From an uncultured delta proteobacterium (GTDB lineage Bacteria; Myxococcota_A; Polyangia; Polyangiales; Polyangiaceae), in contig CAWJCS010000002.1 of assembly GCA_963841435.1 (NCBI GenBank), positions 800,001-864,000 on the forward strand: a stretch of 64,000 nucleotides of DNA, in the 5' to 3' direction. Below, piece by piece: positions 12,365-23,111 of this stretch. The notes beneath the pieces are model-generated. The model made no database searches, was not told where the DNA came from, and worked only from the letters and a program-made list of their open reading frames with translations. Within the stretch, counting starts at the first letter, position 1; every line of letters starts with the position of its first letter. Position numbers and translations under genes: made by a program.

Positions 12365-14318
12365 TCACGACGAAGGCTCGGGCGCCCCACTGCCGCTCGT
12401 CGTAGGCGCCGCCTCGGTCACCATGCCGTTGACGACGAAACCGTCGGCGGCAACGGCGGTCACGCGGTTGCTGCTCGCGCACAGGCCGACGAGCCGCGCC
12501 GTCGGCGCGCGCCGCGGCCACGCCTCGGTCCAGGCGCCGTCGTTCACCACAGGCTTCCCTCGGCCGCCAGCCAGATGCGGCCAGTCGGGTCCAGCGTCAC
12601 TGCGCTCGCCGAAAGGGTGCCGGGTGAGCGGTACTCCGCGCGATCTTCGGCCGTGAACCGCACGAGCCGCCCGTCCTCGAAGGCGCAGATTGCGGCTCCG
12701 AGCTCGGGGCGCGAACCGCAGGCCGTGACGGCGCTGCCCGGAAGGCGGAGCAACGTCGAGGTTTCCTTGCGCGAAAGCTCGACCAAAAGCACGGTGCCGG
12801 CACCGGTCGCGTCGTTGCCCGCGACCAGATAGCGGCCGCCCCGACCGCCACGCACTCGATCACTTGGGTGATGTCGGCCAAAGCGCTCGCGCGCTCGAAG
12901 CGTTTGGCGCGGAGCATCCAGAGCTCGTGAGCGCCGGACTCACGGCGACCGACGGCCACGATGCCCGAATCGAACGACCCGGAGAGCGCGACGAACGCAA
13001 CGCGCGGGTCGGCGGTGACGGTGCGCGCCACCGCACCGTTCGCAAAGTCCTGGATGGCGCCCTGACCTCCGATGAGCCAACGCCTGAGGCCCGTGCGGTG
13101 CACGACCCTCGGCGCCCGCTGCGTCTCGAGCGGCACGGCGCGAAAGCTCCAATCGTCCCAGTAGGCAAGGCCCGACTCCGTCGCCGCAAGGAAGTGGCCG
13201 TCGGCGTCCCAGGCGACCTGCCGGATGCCGGCCATGCGTCCCGGTGCGGCGCGAACACCGAAGTGGAAGCTGCTGGCGGGCGGCCGCTTCGCCGCGACCG
13301 ACACGACGGTGGCGCCGGTGCGTTCGCGCGGGGTATCGACGTCCGGAGCGAGCAGCGGCAAGAGTCCTGCGCCGAGCTCCGCGGCGCCGCGCGTGCGTTG
13401 CCGGGGGTCGGCGCGCGTCGCAAGCGACAGGATCCGATCGATCTTGCTGCAAACGTTCGGTCGTGCTCTGAGCTCGGGCGCGAGAGCGCGAGCGTCGAGC
13501 AAGCGTGGGCGCTCTGCCCCATACGCCGCGACCATCGTTTCGGCGATCGTCTCGGCGGCGAGGTAGCGCTCTCCGGTCATCGAGAAGTAGAGGCAGCAAG
13601 CCAGGCCGAACACGTCCGTATAGGGTCCGACGCCGAGCGGGTCGGGGAAGCTTTGCTCCGGAGCGCAATAGCCCGGTGTCCCGAGCAGCACGTTGCCGAA
13701 AGTCGCCACGTCGCCGACGCGCGCCAGTCCGAAGTCAGTGATCTTGAAGAGCTCGTCCTCCCCGCTGCCGGAGCAGAGCACGTTGCCCGGCGCGATGTCG
13801 CGATGCACGACGCCGACCTCGGCAATCGCACACGCCCCAGCGATCATCGCCCTTGCGAGACACTCGATTCTCGCGCGCGAGAACGCGTACCCCGTGCGTT
13901 CGACGGTCTCCTTGACTCGCGCCCGCAGCGTCGTGCCCCCGTCATGACCATTGACGAGCTCGACCGCGATCCAGGGGAGGGCCAGCACACCGTCGCGCAC
14001 GCTCACGGTCCCTGCATCCAGGAACTTCACCACGTACGGTGTCGGCGGAAAGCGTTCCGCGAGACCCTCGAGCGCGCGGACCTCCTTGTCCACCTGAGCC
14101 GCGGCACGACCGCCGAGCTGACGGATCGCGCGCGGTCGGAGCACCTTGACGACCACGAGCACCGAGGTGTCTCCGAGTTCCCGCGTGGCAACGAAGGCGA
14201 TGCTCGTCGCGCCGCTGCCCAGCACGCGGTCGATCCGGTAGCGCACGCCGTCGTAGCGCGTGGAGGCGATGGTCGCTCCCGCGAGACGCAAGAGGTCGTC
14301 GTCCGAGCTTCCAGACAT
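12365..14318 (-). CDS. Ser/Thr protein kinase with C-terminal beta-propeller-like sensor region (frameshifted)
   Basis: LGSGATS, VVVKVL, HRDIAPGN, DFG, GTPGYCAPE; C-terminus continues in ORFs 12544-12855 and 12365-12550. Confidence 0.85.
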
Positions 14319-14447
14319 TGCCGTCCGCGGCAAGCCAAGCCCCGACTCATCGTGAAAAGCAAGGGCTCTTCTTCGCGAGCGACGCGCGCGGCGCGGTTTC
14401 AGGGCGCCGCGTGCCCGGACGAGTCCGAGGACTCCTCGAGATCGTCG

Positions 14448-14531
14448 TGCCGAAGGTGGGAGTTGAACCCACACTCCCTTTCGGGAAACGGATTTTGAGT
14501 CCGCCGCGTCTGCCGGTTCCGCCACTTCGGC
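14448..14531 (-). tRNA. tRNA-Leu (anticodon CAA)
   Basis: GCCGAAG/CTTCGGC acceptor stem, GCGGA-CTCAAAA-TCCGT anticodon arm, long variable arm, GGTTCAACTCC T-arm; CCA not encoded. Confidence 0.95.
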
Positions 14532-14574
14532 TGGTGGAGCGGGCTCTTTAGCAGAGGTCGGTCGGCGTGGGTAG

Positions 14575-15480
14575 CTACGGCGAGAGGGCCGCGAGCTTCG
14601 GGATGGCGCGGCGCGCGAGCGCGAAATAGCGCGCGTCGCGCTCGATGCCGATGCTCCGGTAGCCCACGGCGAGCGCGGCGGCGAGCGTCGAGCCCGAGCC
14701 CGCGAATGGGTCGAGCACCGTGCCCGCGCCGAGCGGCAATGCGGCACGCACGAGCATTCGAAGGAACGCCTGTGGCTTGAGCGACGGGTGGGGCGCGAGG
14801 CGACGTTCCGCCTCGTTCGTGGGGGCCGAACGGATGACGTCGAGGAACGGCGCGCTCTCGGATGGGCGGCGCAAACCGCCCGTCTTCCACTTTCTCAGGT
14901 TGTCCTGCACGCGCCCTTCGCACGGTTTGCGGAACACGCCCCACGGCTCCCAGCCGGAGCGCGGCATCACCGTCACGCCGGAAAACTCCGCTTCGGCATT
15001 CTTCGGGCGATCACCGCCGCGCAGCGTCTGGACGAGGCGCACCACTTCGCCTCGCTTCTCGAAGCCCGCCTCCAGGAGCGGCTCGTACACGAAGTGCGAA
15101 AGCAGCGGGTTCGTCGCGATGAAGACGTGCCCGCCCGGGACGAGCACCGAGAACGCCGCGCGCGCGACCTCGCCGAAGAACGCGCGCAGCCGCGCGTGGT
15201 CGGCGGCATCGAGCACGGTGAAGCGTGGCAGGGGCCGGCGCCGGTGGCCGTCGAGCGTGGGGGGAATTCGCCACACGCCGCCGCGGCCGCGACGTAGCTT
15301 TCGCTGTTCGTCGCGCTGGTACTCGCGCAAGCCGTAGGGCGGATCGGTCACGATGGCCTCGACGCTGGATGGCGGCTGCGCCGCCATCCAGGCGATGCCG
15401 TCGCCTTTGAGGAGCTCGAATGCGGGCTCGACCCGGGCTGCCCGCTTCGGCGCGCTTTGTCTCGAGACCTCGTGGGGCAT
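14575..15480 (-). CDS. Site-specific DNA amino-methyltransferase (N4/N6, beta class), no cognate endonuclease seen
   Basis: IVTDPPY precedes HPSLKP and VLDPFAGSGSTL...SIGIERD. Confidence 0.9.
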   Translation of the reverse strand: MPHEVSRQSAPKRAARVEPAFELLKGDGIAWMAAQPPSSVEAIVTDPPYGLREYQRDEQRKLRRGRGGVWRIPPTLDGHRRRPLPRFTVLDAADHARLRAFFGEVARAAFSVLVPGGHVFIATNPLLSHFVYEPLLEAGFEKRGEVVRLVQTLRGGDRPKNAEAEFSGVTVMPRSGWEPWGVFRKPCEGRVQDNLRKWKTGGLRRPSESAPFLDVIRSAPTNEAERRLAPHPSLKPQAFLRMLVRAALPLGAGTVLDPFAGSGSTLAAALAVGYRSIGIERDARYFALARRAIPKLAALSP

Positions 15481-15554
15481 CCGGTTGCTCGGCATCGTGG
15501 CACTGCTTCGGCCGGGTCGCGACCTAGACGCCGATCTACTAGGCTTCCCGTTCC

Positions 15555-17096
15555 TTGAGCGACACCGAGATCCACGACGGCGGGGCGTTCGCTCGACGGG
15601 CGGGGCGGAGCAGCGTGGCAAGCGCGTTCTTCGCCCAGGCGCGGCAGAAGCCCGCGGCGCTGGCCCTCGAAGAGGGAGATCGTCGGCTGAGCTACGGTGC
15701 GCTCGGTGCTCGCGTCCTCGCGCTCGCCGGCGCGCTTCACGCTCGGGGAGTCGGCCGCGGCGATCGCGTCGCCGTCCTCAGTGAGAATCGCGCAGAGTAT
15801 CTGGAGGTTTTCCTTGCGGCAGCGAGCGTCGGCGCGCTCGTCGCCTGCCAGAGCTGGCGGCTCGCCGCGCCCGAGCTCGCGCATTGCGTCGGCCTCGTGT
15901 CGCCGAAGCTCGCGTTCGTTTCGCCGCGGCACCGGGCGGCGATGGATGGCGTCGCGGGCGCGCCACCGCGCGTCGTTTTCGGCGACGACTACGAGGCGCT
16001 GCTCTCGAGCGCAACGCCGCTCGCCGCGCCCGAGGAGCTCGACCCGGAGGACGCCTTCCTCGTTCTTTACACGAGCGGAACCACGGGCCTACCGAAGGGC
16101 GCCGTCATCAGCCATCGCGCGGAGCTCGCACGAAACCTCGTGGTGCTCGCCGAGTTCGGCGTGCGCCCGGACGACACGTTCGTCGCGTGGTCGCCTCTCT
16201 ACCACATGGGTGGTGCGGACTACTCGCTCGGCACGCTCATGTCCGGCGGCAAGGTCATGCTCGTCGACGGCTTCGATCGCGCGCGCCTCGCGGAGATCGT
16301 CGCGAGCGAGACGTTAGGCTGGCTCATCCTCATGCCCGGCATGGTCTCGACGTTTGCGGTCGAGCTCGAGGCGCGTCGTGTCGAGCCACGCGGCGTGCGC
16401 CTATGCGGCGTGATGGCCGACCTCGTCCCGCCCGCTGAGATCGCGCGCATCACGCGTCTGCTTCGCGCGCCCTACGCGAACACCTTCGGCGCCACCGAGA
16501 CCGGCTGCCCGCCGTGCTCGTCGAATCTCATCCCCGTCGGGATCGTGCCCGAAAGGCTCTCGAAGGAGCCGAGTCGCTTCTGCGAGATCCGCCTGGTCGA
16601 CGCCGACGACAGGGACGTTCCGGACGGCGCGCCCGGCGAGCTCTGCCTCCGGGGGCCCACGCTGTTCAGCGGCTACTTTCGGGCGCCCGAAGTCAACGCG
16701 CACGAGTTTCGCGGCGGCTACTTCCACATGGGCGACGTGTTCGTACGAAACTCGGACCGCACGCTCGACTTCGTCGACCGCGTGAAATACCTCATCAAGT
16801 CGGGCGGCGAGAATATCTACCCCGCCGAGATCGAGCGCGTGCTGTTGCGCGACCCGCGCGTCGCGGAGGCAGCCGTGGTGCGCGCCCGCGACCCGAAGTG
16901 GGGCGAGGTGCCGGTCGCCTACCTCGCCGTCAACGACGAAAGCCTCGGCGAGGACGAGCTCAAGCAGCTGTGCCGGGCCGCGCTCGCGGGGTACAAACAG
17001 CCGAAGGCCTTCCGTTTCATCGCGCTCGAGGATTTCCCTCGCAGCGCATCCGGGAAAATCCAGCGCCACGAGCTGGAGAAGCGAGAGCGACGATGA
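15555..17096 (+). CDS. AMP-dependent acyl/aryl-CoA synthetase
   Basis: YTSGTTGLPKG, FGATETG, FHMGD, DRVKYLIKSGGENIYPAEIE, SGKI. Confidence 0.9.
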   Translation: MSDTEIHDGGAFARRAGRSSVASAFFAQARQKPAALALEEGDRRLSYGALGARVLALAGALHARGVGRGDRVAVLSENRAEYLEVFLAAASVGALVACQSWRLAAPELAHCVGLVSPKLAFVSPRHRAAMDGVAGAPPRVVFGDDYEALLSSATPLAAPEELDPEDAFLVLYTSGTTGLPKGAVISHRAELARNLVVLAEFGVRPDDTFVAWSPLYHMGGADYSLGTLMSGGKVMLVDGFDRARLAEIVASETLGWLILMPGMVSTFAVELEARRVEPRGVRLCGVMADLVPPAEIARITRLLRAPYANTFGATETGCPPCSSNLIPVGIVPERLSKEPSRFCEIRLVDADDRDVPDGAPGELCLRGPTLFSGYFRAPEVNAHEFRGGYFHMGDVFVRNSDRTLDFVDRVKYLIKSGGENIYPAEIERVLLRDPRVAEAAVVRARDPKWGEVPVAYLAVNDESLGEDELKQLCRAALAGYKQPKAFRFIALEDFPRSASGKIQRHELEKRERR

Positions 17097-17869
17097 GCGA
17101 CCTTCCCGAGCACCAGACGACGAGCATTGCCACCTCCACCGTCGACGACGTGTGGATCCGCGACAAGAGCCTGTGCCGCGAGCTCATCGGCAAGCTGAGC
17201 TTCACCGAGGTCCTGTATTTCCAGATCCTGGGGAAAATGCCCAGTCCCGGCGAGCGAGACGTCGTGGACGCCTGCCTCGTCACGCTCATGGAGCACGGTC
17301 TCACGCCGAGCGCGCTCACGACGCGGCTCGTGTACTCGAGCGCCGAGGAGGCGCTGCAGGCCGCCGTCGCGGCAGGATTGCTCTGTGTCGGCAGCCGCTT
17401 CGTGGGGACGACGGAGGGGGCAGGGGAGCTCATCGAGCGCATCGTCTCAGCGGGCGACGCGGGCGCGGCGGAGGCCGAGCGTATCGCTCTGGAGTTTCGC
17501 GCCGCCAAGCGCCCGCTGCCGGGCTTCGGTCACCCGTTCCACAAGCCCGACGATCCGCGGACGCCACGCCTGCTCGAGCTCGCTCGCGAGCGAGGCGTCG
17601 CAGGCGCGCACGTGCGCGCCATCGAGCTCTTGGCGGACGCCGTGGATCGCACGTGCGGCCGGCACATCACGCTCAACGCGACCGGTGCCGTCGCCGCCGT
17701 GCTGGGCGACTGTGGCGTTCCGCGTCGCGTGCTGCGCGGCTTCGCGGTCATCGCACGGGCGGCGGGGCTCGTCGGCCACGTCCACGAAGAGCAGGAACGA
17801 CCCGCCATGCGCGCCATCTGGGAGGCGGCCGAACGCAAGGTCGCCTACGACGGAAAAGCAGGCCGTTGA
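17093..17869 (+). CDS. Citryl-CoA lyase / citrate-synthase-like protein
   Basis: LMEHGLTPSA, PGFGHPFHKPDDPRT, LNATGA, ARAAGLVGHVHEE; ATGA overlap with the upstream ligase. Confidence 0.85.
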   Translation: MSDLPEHQTTSIATSTVDDVWIRDKSLCRELIGKLSFTEVLYFQILGKMPSPGERDVVDACLVTLMEHGLTPSALTTRLVYSSAEEALQAAVAAGLLCVGSRFVGTTEGAGELIERIVSAGDAGAAEAERIALEFRAAKRPLPGFGHPFHKPDDPRTPRLLELARERGVAGAHVRAIELLADAVDRTCGRHITLNATGAVAAVLGDCGVPRRVLRGFAVIARAAGLVGHVHEEQERPAMRAIWEAAERKVAYDGKAGR

Positions 17870-17931
17870 CCGCGGTCGCGCCGTGACGCGACATGCTAGA
17901 GTCCTGCCCCTTTCCAAGAGGAGAACGGTCC

Positions 17932-18606
17932 ATGAAGCTCTACATGCATCCAGTGTCCATGACGAGCCGGCCCGTCCGGCTGTTCATCGCCGAGAACGAA
18001 ATCCCCTGCGAGGAGCAGATCGTCGATCTGATGAAGGGCGAGCACTTGCAGGAGCCCTACGCCGCGATCAATCCGAACAAGCTCGTTCCCGTGCTCGAGG
18101 ACGGCGATCTCCGCCTTACGGAGAGCTCCGCCATCCTCAAGTACCTCGCCGACAAGATCGAGTCGCCCACCTACCCGAAGGACCTGAAGAAGCGGGCGAA
18201 GGTGAACGAGATGATGGATTGGTTCAACACCAACTTCTATCGCGACTACGGCTACGGAATGGCGTACCCGCAGATCTTTCCCCATCACAAGCGGCCGACC
18301 GATGACGTGCAGAGCGCGACGATCGCCTGGGGCACCGAGCGCGCCCGCAGCTGGCTCAAGATCCTCGACGAGCACTGGATTGGGCCCAAGCGTGCCTACG
18401 TGACGGGCGACTCCATCACGATCGCCGACTACTTCGGCTCGTGCCTCGTGACGCTCGGCGAGGTGTTGCGCGTCGATTTCGAGCCATTTCCCAACGTGCA
18501 GCGTTGGCTCGGCAACATGAAGAAGCTCAGGAGCTGGCCGAAGGTGAACGAGGCGCTCTATGGTCTCCAGGGCGCGCTGAAGGACCTGCCGTTCGTCACC
18601 GTTTGA
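17932..18606 (+). CDS. Glutathione S-transferase (theta-like)
   Basis: INPNKLVPVLEDGDLRLTESSAILKYLA, GDSITIADY; RBS GAGGAG. Confidence 0.9.
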   Translation: MKLYMHPVSMTSRPVRLFIAENEIPCEEQIVDLMKGEHLQEPYAAINPNKLVPVLEDGDLRLTESSAILKYLADKIESPTYPKDLKKRAKVNEMMDWFNTNFYRDYGYGMAYPQIFPHHKRPTDDVQSATIAWGTERARSWLKILDEHWIGPKRAYVTGDSITIADYFGSCLVTLGEVLRVDFEPFPNVQRWLGNMKKLRSWPKVNEALYGLQGALKDLPFVTV

Positions 18607-18614
18607 TCCCCGCG

Positions 18615-19103
18615 ATGCTCAAGGGCCTGCACCACAACGCCTACCGCTGCCGCGATTCGGAGGAGACCCGCAAGTTCTACGAGGACTTCTTGGGTCTCCC
18701 CCTCGCGGCGACGTTGGAGCTCAAGGAAACGAAGACCGGCCGGCCCACGGAGACGCTGCACACCTTCTACCGCCTGGACAACGGGTCGTTCCTCGCGTTC
18801 TTCGAGGCGCCGGACATGCCCTTCGAGTTCAAGGTGCAGCACGACTACGATCTGCACATCGCGGTCGAGGTCGAGTACGGAGATCTCGCGCCGATGCTGG
18901 CCAAGGGGAACGCCGCCGGGATCGCGACGCGCGGCATCTCGGACCACGGCTTCATCCACTCGATCTATTTTCAGGATCCCAACGGGTACATCATCGAGCT
19001 CACGGCCAAGCTCCCGCACCACGACGAGTCGGTCGATCCAACGAAAAATGGGGCGCGGAGCAAGCTTGACGCCTGGCAGCAGCGCAAGCCGCAGCCGCAC
19101 TGA
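18615..19103 (+). CDS. VOC / glyoxalase family protein
   Basis: GLHHNAY...FYEDFLGL, HIAVEV, SIYFQDPNGYIIEL. Confidence 0.9.
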   Translation: MLKGLHHNAYRCRDSEETRKFYEDFLGLPLAATLELKETKTGRPTETLHTFYRLDNGSFLAFFEAPDMPFEFKVQHDYDLHIAVEVEYGDLAPMLAKGNAAGIATRGISDHGFIHSIYFQDPNGYIIELTAKLPHHDESVDPTKNGARSKLDAWQQRKPQPH

Positions 19104-19125
19104 GCTCGGTGGTTCGTCGAGGTCC

Positions 19126-20140
19126 GTGAAGGGGCTCGTCGCGTGGTTCGTCGTGCTCGGCGCACTCCTCGTGCCGCTTCCCGCGAGCGCCGAGGACGCC
19201 GTGCCGTTGCCGAGCATGCCGGGCGAGCAGCCCGAGCCAGCGCTTCCGACGACGCCGGATGATGCGGCACCCCCGGCGCCGCCCGCTGCCGAGCCGGAGC
19301 CGCCCCCGACCGAGCCGCCCGCTGCCGAGCCGCCCGCTGCCGAACCGGAGCCGCCCCCGGTGCCGCCCGCCGCGTCCTTTCCCGAGACATCAGCGGTCGA
19401 GCCACCGCCTGCCGCGCCGCCGCCCGCGAGCGCCGCGCCGCCCGCACAGCACCTGCTCGGTCCCGCACCGGAGTCGCCGGCGCCCGAGCGTCGCTGGACC
19501 TCCGCACCGCCCGAGAAGAACAAGGACGACGAGGGCGGGATTTTCGGCCCGTTTCGCATCGGGCCCTTCGTGAGCTTCGGGACGCCGAGCCTGGTCGGCG
19601 TGGGCGCGATGATCAAGCTCACGCGCTACGTCGCCGCGGGCGCGCACGTCGGTCTGATTCCGACCCTTCGCTTCAAGTACTACGGCGAAGCGACCGTCTC
19701 GTACCAGGACTACACGCTTTTCGGCCGGTTGCATCTGCTCGGCGGCGGCTTCTTCCTCGGCGCAGAGGTGGGCTACGCGCACATGCGGGGGACCTACGAC
19801 GAAACGATCAACGTCTCCGAAGTACACGGGCTCCGTGCCGGGCCTGCCGACGAGCGTCGATTACTCGAGCACCGGTACGGTGAAGACCTTGGTTTTGACG
19901 CCCGAGATCGGCTACTTCAAGACCTTCGGCTCGGGCTTCAGCATCGGCGTGGACTTCGGCGTTCAGGTTCCCATTGCGCCGAGCGAGGTGAGCTTCCAGC
20001 GCAAGGTGAGCTCGGGCTTGCCGGACACGCTCGTCGATCAGCTCCTTGCGCCCGAAGACGAGAAAGTGAAGAGCACCCTCGAAAAGCTCGGGCGCACCGT
20101 GCTCCCCGCGCTCCACGTGCGCATGGGCTTTTTGCTCTAG
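19126..20140 (+). CDS. Secreted protein with Pro-rich linker and outer-membrane beta-barrel-like domain (one frameshift near 19830)
   Basis: Signal peptide LPASA|ED, PEP/PAA-rich linker, alternating beta strands, ends HVRMGFLL. Confidence 0.6.
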
Positions 20141-20168
20141 GAGCGGCGGCATTCGCCGGAAAAGACGT

Positions 20169-23111
20169 TCAGGTCGGCGCGAAACGCGGGCGGTGCACGC
20201 CCCAGACGCCGCCGAAATCCGCCACGCGCTCGGGTGCGCTCTTCGCCCAGCGGCTGAGCGAAAGTGGCAACGTCGTTTCGAACTGGAACCACAGCGCCTG
20301 GTCCGAGTAGCGGTGCGGGCGATCCGCGACCTTGGGTGACTGCGCGAGGATCCGGCGCGTGAGCGCGGCGCCGGGTCCGTGCGGCGTCATGCCGGGCGTG
20401 ATGAACAGCGCGCCCGGTGCGAAGAACGTTTCGCGCGTCGTGATGTCGCGCACGATGCCGTTGATCTCGGTCGTGCCGTTGCGATGAAAATACGGCGGGC
20501 GGAACGTGCCCTCGGTCGCGTCCCAGCGCGGGGCGAAGACCACGAGGTCGAGGCTCGCCGTGCCCGGCTCGTCGAGCGGCGCGCTCAGCACGGTGTGGAC
20601 GGACGGATCCACGTGATCGACTCGCGCGTTGCCGACGGGCGAGAAGAGCGAAAGATCGTAGACGACGGGCGTGTAGTTGCCGTGCCAGGCGACGACGTCG
20701 AAGGGTGAATGGTCCTGGCGCGCTTCGTAGAGCTTGCCGCCGAGCTTGTGCGTGAGCCGGAAGCCCGGGCTCAGGCGGTTCTCGAACCAGGCGGCAGGCC
20801 CGCGAAAATGGCGCGGATCGGCCAGGCCGTTGGCGCCTATCAGGCCGCGCTCCGGCAGCCCGAAGTGGCGGCCGTAGACCTCGGCGAGGTAGCCGCGCGC
20901 CGTCGCGTCGCGAAGTAGCACGCTGAACCGGATGCCGCGCGGCACGAGGGCGAGCTCACCGGGCCGAACCTCGAGTGCTCCAAGCTCCGTCAGCAACGTG
21001 AGCCGGCCCTGCTGCGGCAAGAGCAAGAGGTCACCGTCGGCGTTGCAGACGGCGCGCTCCTCCATGCTGCGGTTGGCGGCGTAGACGTGCACGGCAAAGC
21101 CACGCCGCGCGGCGGCGGAGCCGGAGCCCCCGATGGTGCGCACGCCGGCGACGAAATCCGTGGGTGTGACGGGCGGGGCGAGCGGCGCGAAGCCCGTGAG
21201 GTTCGCTTCGAGCGGCTCGGCGCAAAAGTCGTCGGAGAACAGCGCGCCGTCGAGTGGCACGAACGGTGAGGCGTTGGTGCTCGGCCGTACCCGGTACATC
21301 CAGACGCGCGCGTTCTCGGCACGCCGAGCCGTGAAGCCGGTGCCGTTCAGCTGCTCGGGGTAAAGGCCGTAGGGCGCGTGACGTGGCGTGTTCTGGGCCG
21401 CGGGCAGGGCGCCGGGGAGCGCCTCGCTCGCATGGTGGTTGCCGAAACCGAGCGGCGCCGGCGGCGGCGCTCGCCCGGCGAGCGCGGCGTGCGCGAGCAG
21501 GCGGTGCTCGGCGTGGAGGGTGTGCGCTTCGCCCGCCGCCATGGCGAGCGTCACGTCGAGCCCGGCTGTCGCGAGGTGCTTGGCGGTGCGCTCAACGTCA
21601 CCCTCGCCGAGCCAGGGATCGCCGCGGCTCGCTCCGACGAGCACCGGCATGCCGCGGAGCGCGCTCGGGGGCGCGAGCTCTTCGCCCGGTGCGCCGATGT
21701 TTGCGCCCGAGAGCGCGACGACGCCTGCGAGCCGCTCGCTCCGCCTCGACGAGAGCTCGAGCGCGAGACACGCGCCCTGTGAGAACCCGTACAAGGCGAC
21801 GTGCTCCGCGCCCGCCTCGGAAACGGCGTGATCGAGCACCTTGCCGGTTGCGGCGAGAGCGCCCTCGAGCTCGGCGAGCTCCCGTTTCGGCGCGCTGTAG
21901 CGCCCGGTGTACCAGGCGTTGTCCGTCGCCTGGGGTGCGAGGATCGCGAGCTCGGGATCGTCACCCGTGAGCTCGAGCACGCGAGCGACGGCGCCGTCCG
22001 CCGTCGCGCCACGCCCGTGCAGCGCCACGATCACGCGTCGCGCCGTCGCCGGCGCGGGGCCGTGCACGGCGACCGGTTCGGAGAGGCCGAAATCCTCGTG
22101 GCGCGTCGCACGTGAGGGGCGGCGGCCGTGGTACGCGCTCCGGAGCAGCGCACGCGGTAGCTCCGCGTGGGACAGAAGGATCGCGTCGAGCTTCGCGAGC
22201 GTCACGCCGAGCGCCTTGAGCGAGGTGGGTGCGCCCGCGCGTACCAGGGCATCGAACAGCCCTGCTTCCAGGTCACCCACGGCGAGGCGCGCTTCGACCT
22301 CTCGTACGACGGGTGCGTGGGTCGCACGGGCGGCGTGCACGGTGTGCGGGAGCAACGCGGCGTGCAGCGCGCCATGCTCGAGATCGAGCATGCCTCCGAG
22401 CCGGTGAACGAGCTCGTGGTGCGCCCCCACTTTCGCGCCCTCGAGCAGCCGGGCCGCCTGAGCCGCGCCGCGCAGCGCCGCGGCGCGCGCGCCAGGGTCC
22501 ACGGGTGAGCGCAGGATGCCGTCGATCGCGCCGTAGACGCGCTCGATCGCCGCGAGCGCCTGCTCGGAGCGCTGTTCGCCGTCGGCCGTCGTGAGGAGCG
22601 TGCCGAGCGGATGGGCCAGCGCGTTGAGCAGGCTCGTGACGCTGAGTGCCTTGGGCATGTCGAGCGTGAGCTCCACGTCGTGGATGACGAGGCGCGGGCG
22701 CACGCGGTCGTCCCGGCCCGTGACCTTCTTGCCGTTTTCGAGGCGGCCGTGGATGTTGGTGTGCTCGGAGCCCGAATACGTGGTGGGAATCGCCACGAGG
22801 GTGATCGCGTGCTCGAGCCCGAGCACCTTGGCGAGGCCGATGGCGGAGCCGCCACCGAGCGCGATCACCGTGTCGGCGCCGCTTGCCGCGAGCGCCTGCG
22901 TTGCTTCGGCGACAACGTCCTCGGGTACGTGGCGGCGAGCGCCCGAGTAGACGCCCACGGCTCGCTCGCCGAGCAGCGGCTTTACCCGGTCGAGGTAGCG
23001 CTCACTCGGCCCCGTCACGACGAGCACACGGCGACTGCCGAGCGCGTCGAGCGCTGCCGGCAGCGCGGCGAGCTCGTCCGCCTCGAGTGGTGGGCCCGGA
23101 ACCGCGCTCAC
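20169..23111 (-). CDS. hmgA: Trifunctional fusion: maleylacetate reductase (Fe-ADH) + phospholipase/carboxylesterase alpha/beta-hydrolase + homogentisate 1,2-dioxygenase
   Basis: GGGSAIGLAK, IPTTYSGSE, NALAH, HHELVHRLGG (MAR); LHGRG, GFSQGA (esterase); GFGNHHASEALPGALP, YPEQLNGTGFT, DHSPFDVVAWHGNY, PPYFHRN..TE, MTPHGP (HGD with Fe ligands His/Glu/His). Confidence 0.88.
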   Translation of the reverse strand: MSAVPGPPLEADELAALPAALDALGSRRVLVVTGPSERYLDRVKPLLGERAVGVYSGARRHVPEDVVAEATQALAASGADTVIALGGGSAIGLAKVLGLEHAITLVAIPTTYSGSEHTNIHGRLENGKKVTGRDDRVRPRLVIHDVELTLDMPKALSVTSLLNALAHPLGTLLTTADGEQRSEQALAAIERVYGAIDGILRSPVDPGARAAALRGAAQAARLLEGAKVGAHHELVHRLGGMLDLEHGALHAALLPHTVHAARATHAPVVREVEARLAVGDLEAGLFDALVRAGAPTSLKALGVTLAKLDAILLSHAELPRALLRSAYHGRRPSRATRHEDFGLSEPVAVHGPAPATARRVIVALHGRGATADGAVARVLELTGDDPELAILAPQATDNAWYTGRYSAPKRELAELEGALAATGKVLDHAVSEAGAEHVALYGFSQGACLALELSSRRSERLAGVVALSGANIGAPGEELAPPSALRGMPVLVGASRGDPWLGEGDVERTAKHLATAGLDVTLAMAAGEAHTLHAEHRLLAHAALAGRAPPPAPLGFGNHHASEALPGALPAAQNTPRHAPYGLYPEQLNGTGFTARRAENARVWMYRVRPSTNASPFVPLDGALFSDDFCAEPLEANLTGFAPLAPPVTPTDFVAGVRTIGGSGSAAARRGFAVHVYAANRSMEERAVCNADGDLLLLPQQGRLTLLTELGALEVRPGELALVPRGIRFSVLLRDATARGYLAEVYGRHFGLPERGLIGANGLADPRHFRGPAAWFENRLSPGFRLTHKLGGKLYEARQDHSPFDVVAWHGNYTPVVYDLSLFSPVGNARVDHVDPSVHTVLSAPLDEPGTASLDLVVFAPRWDATEGTFRPPYFHRNGTTEINGIVRDITTRETFFAPGALFITPGMTPHGPGAALTRRILAQSPKVADRPHRYSDQALWFQFETTLPLSLSRWAKSAPERVADFGGVWGVHRPRFAPT

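Noticed and set aside
15498-15512. sigma54-like TGGCACTGCTTCGGC before the CoA ligase
   Set aside because: Spacing is correct but the -12 element (CGGC) is poor; too weak to call
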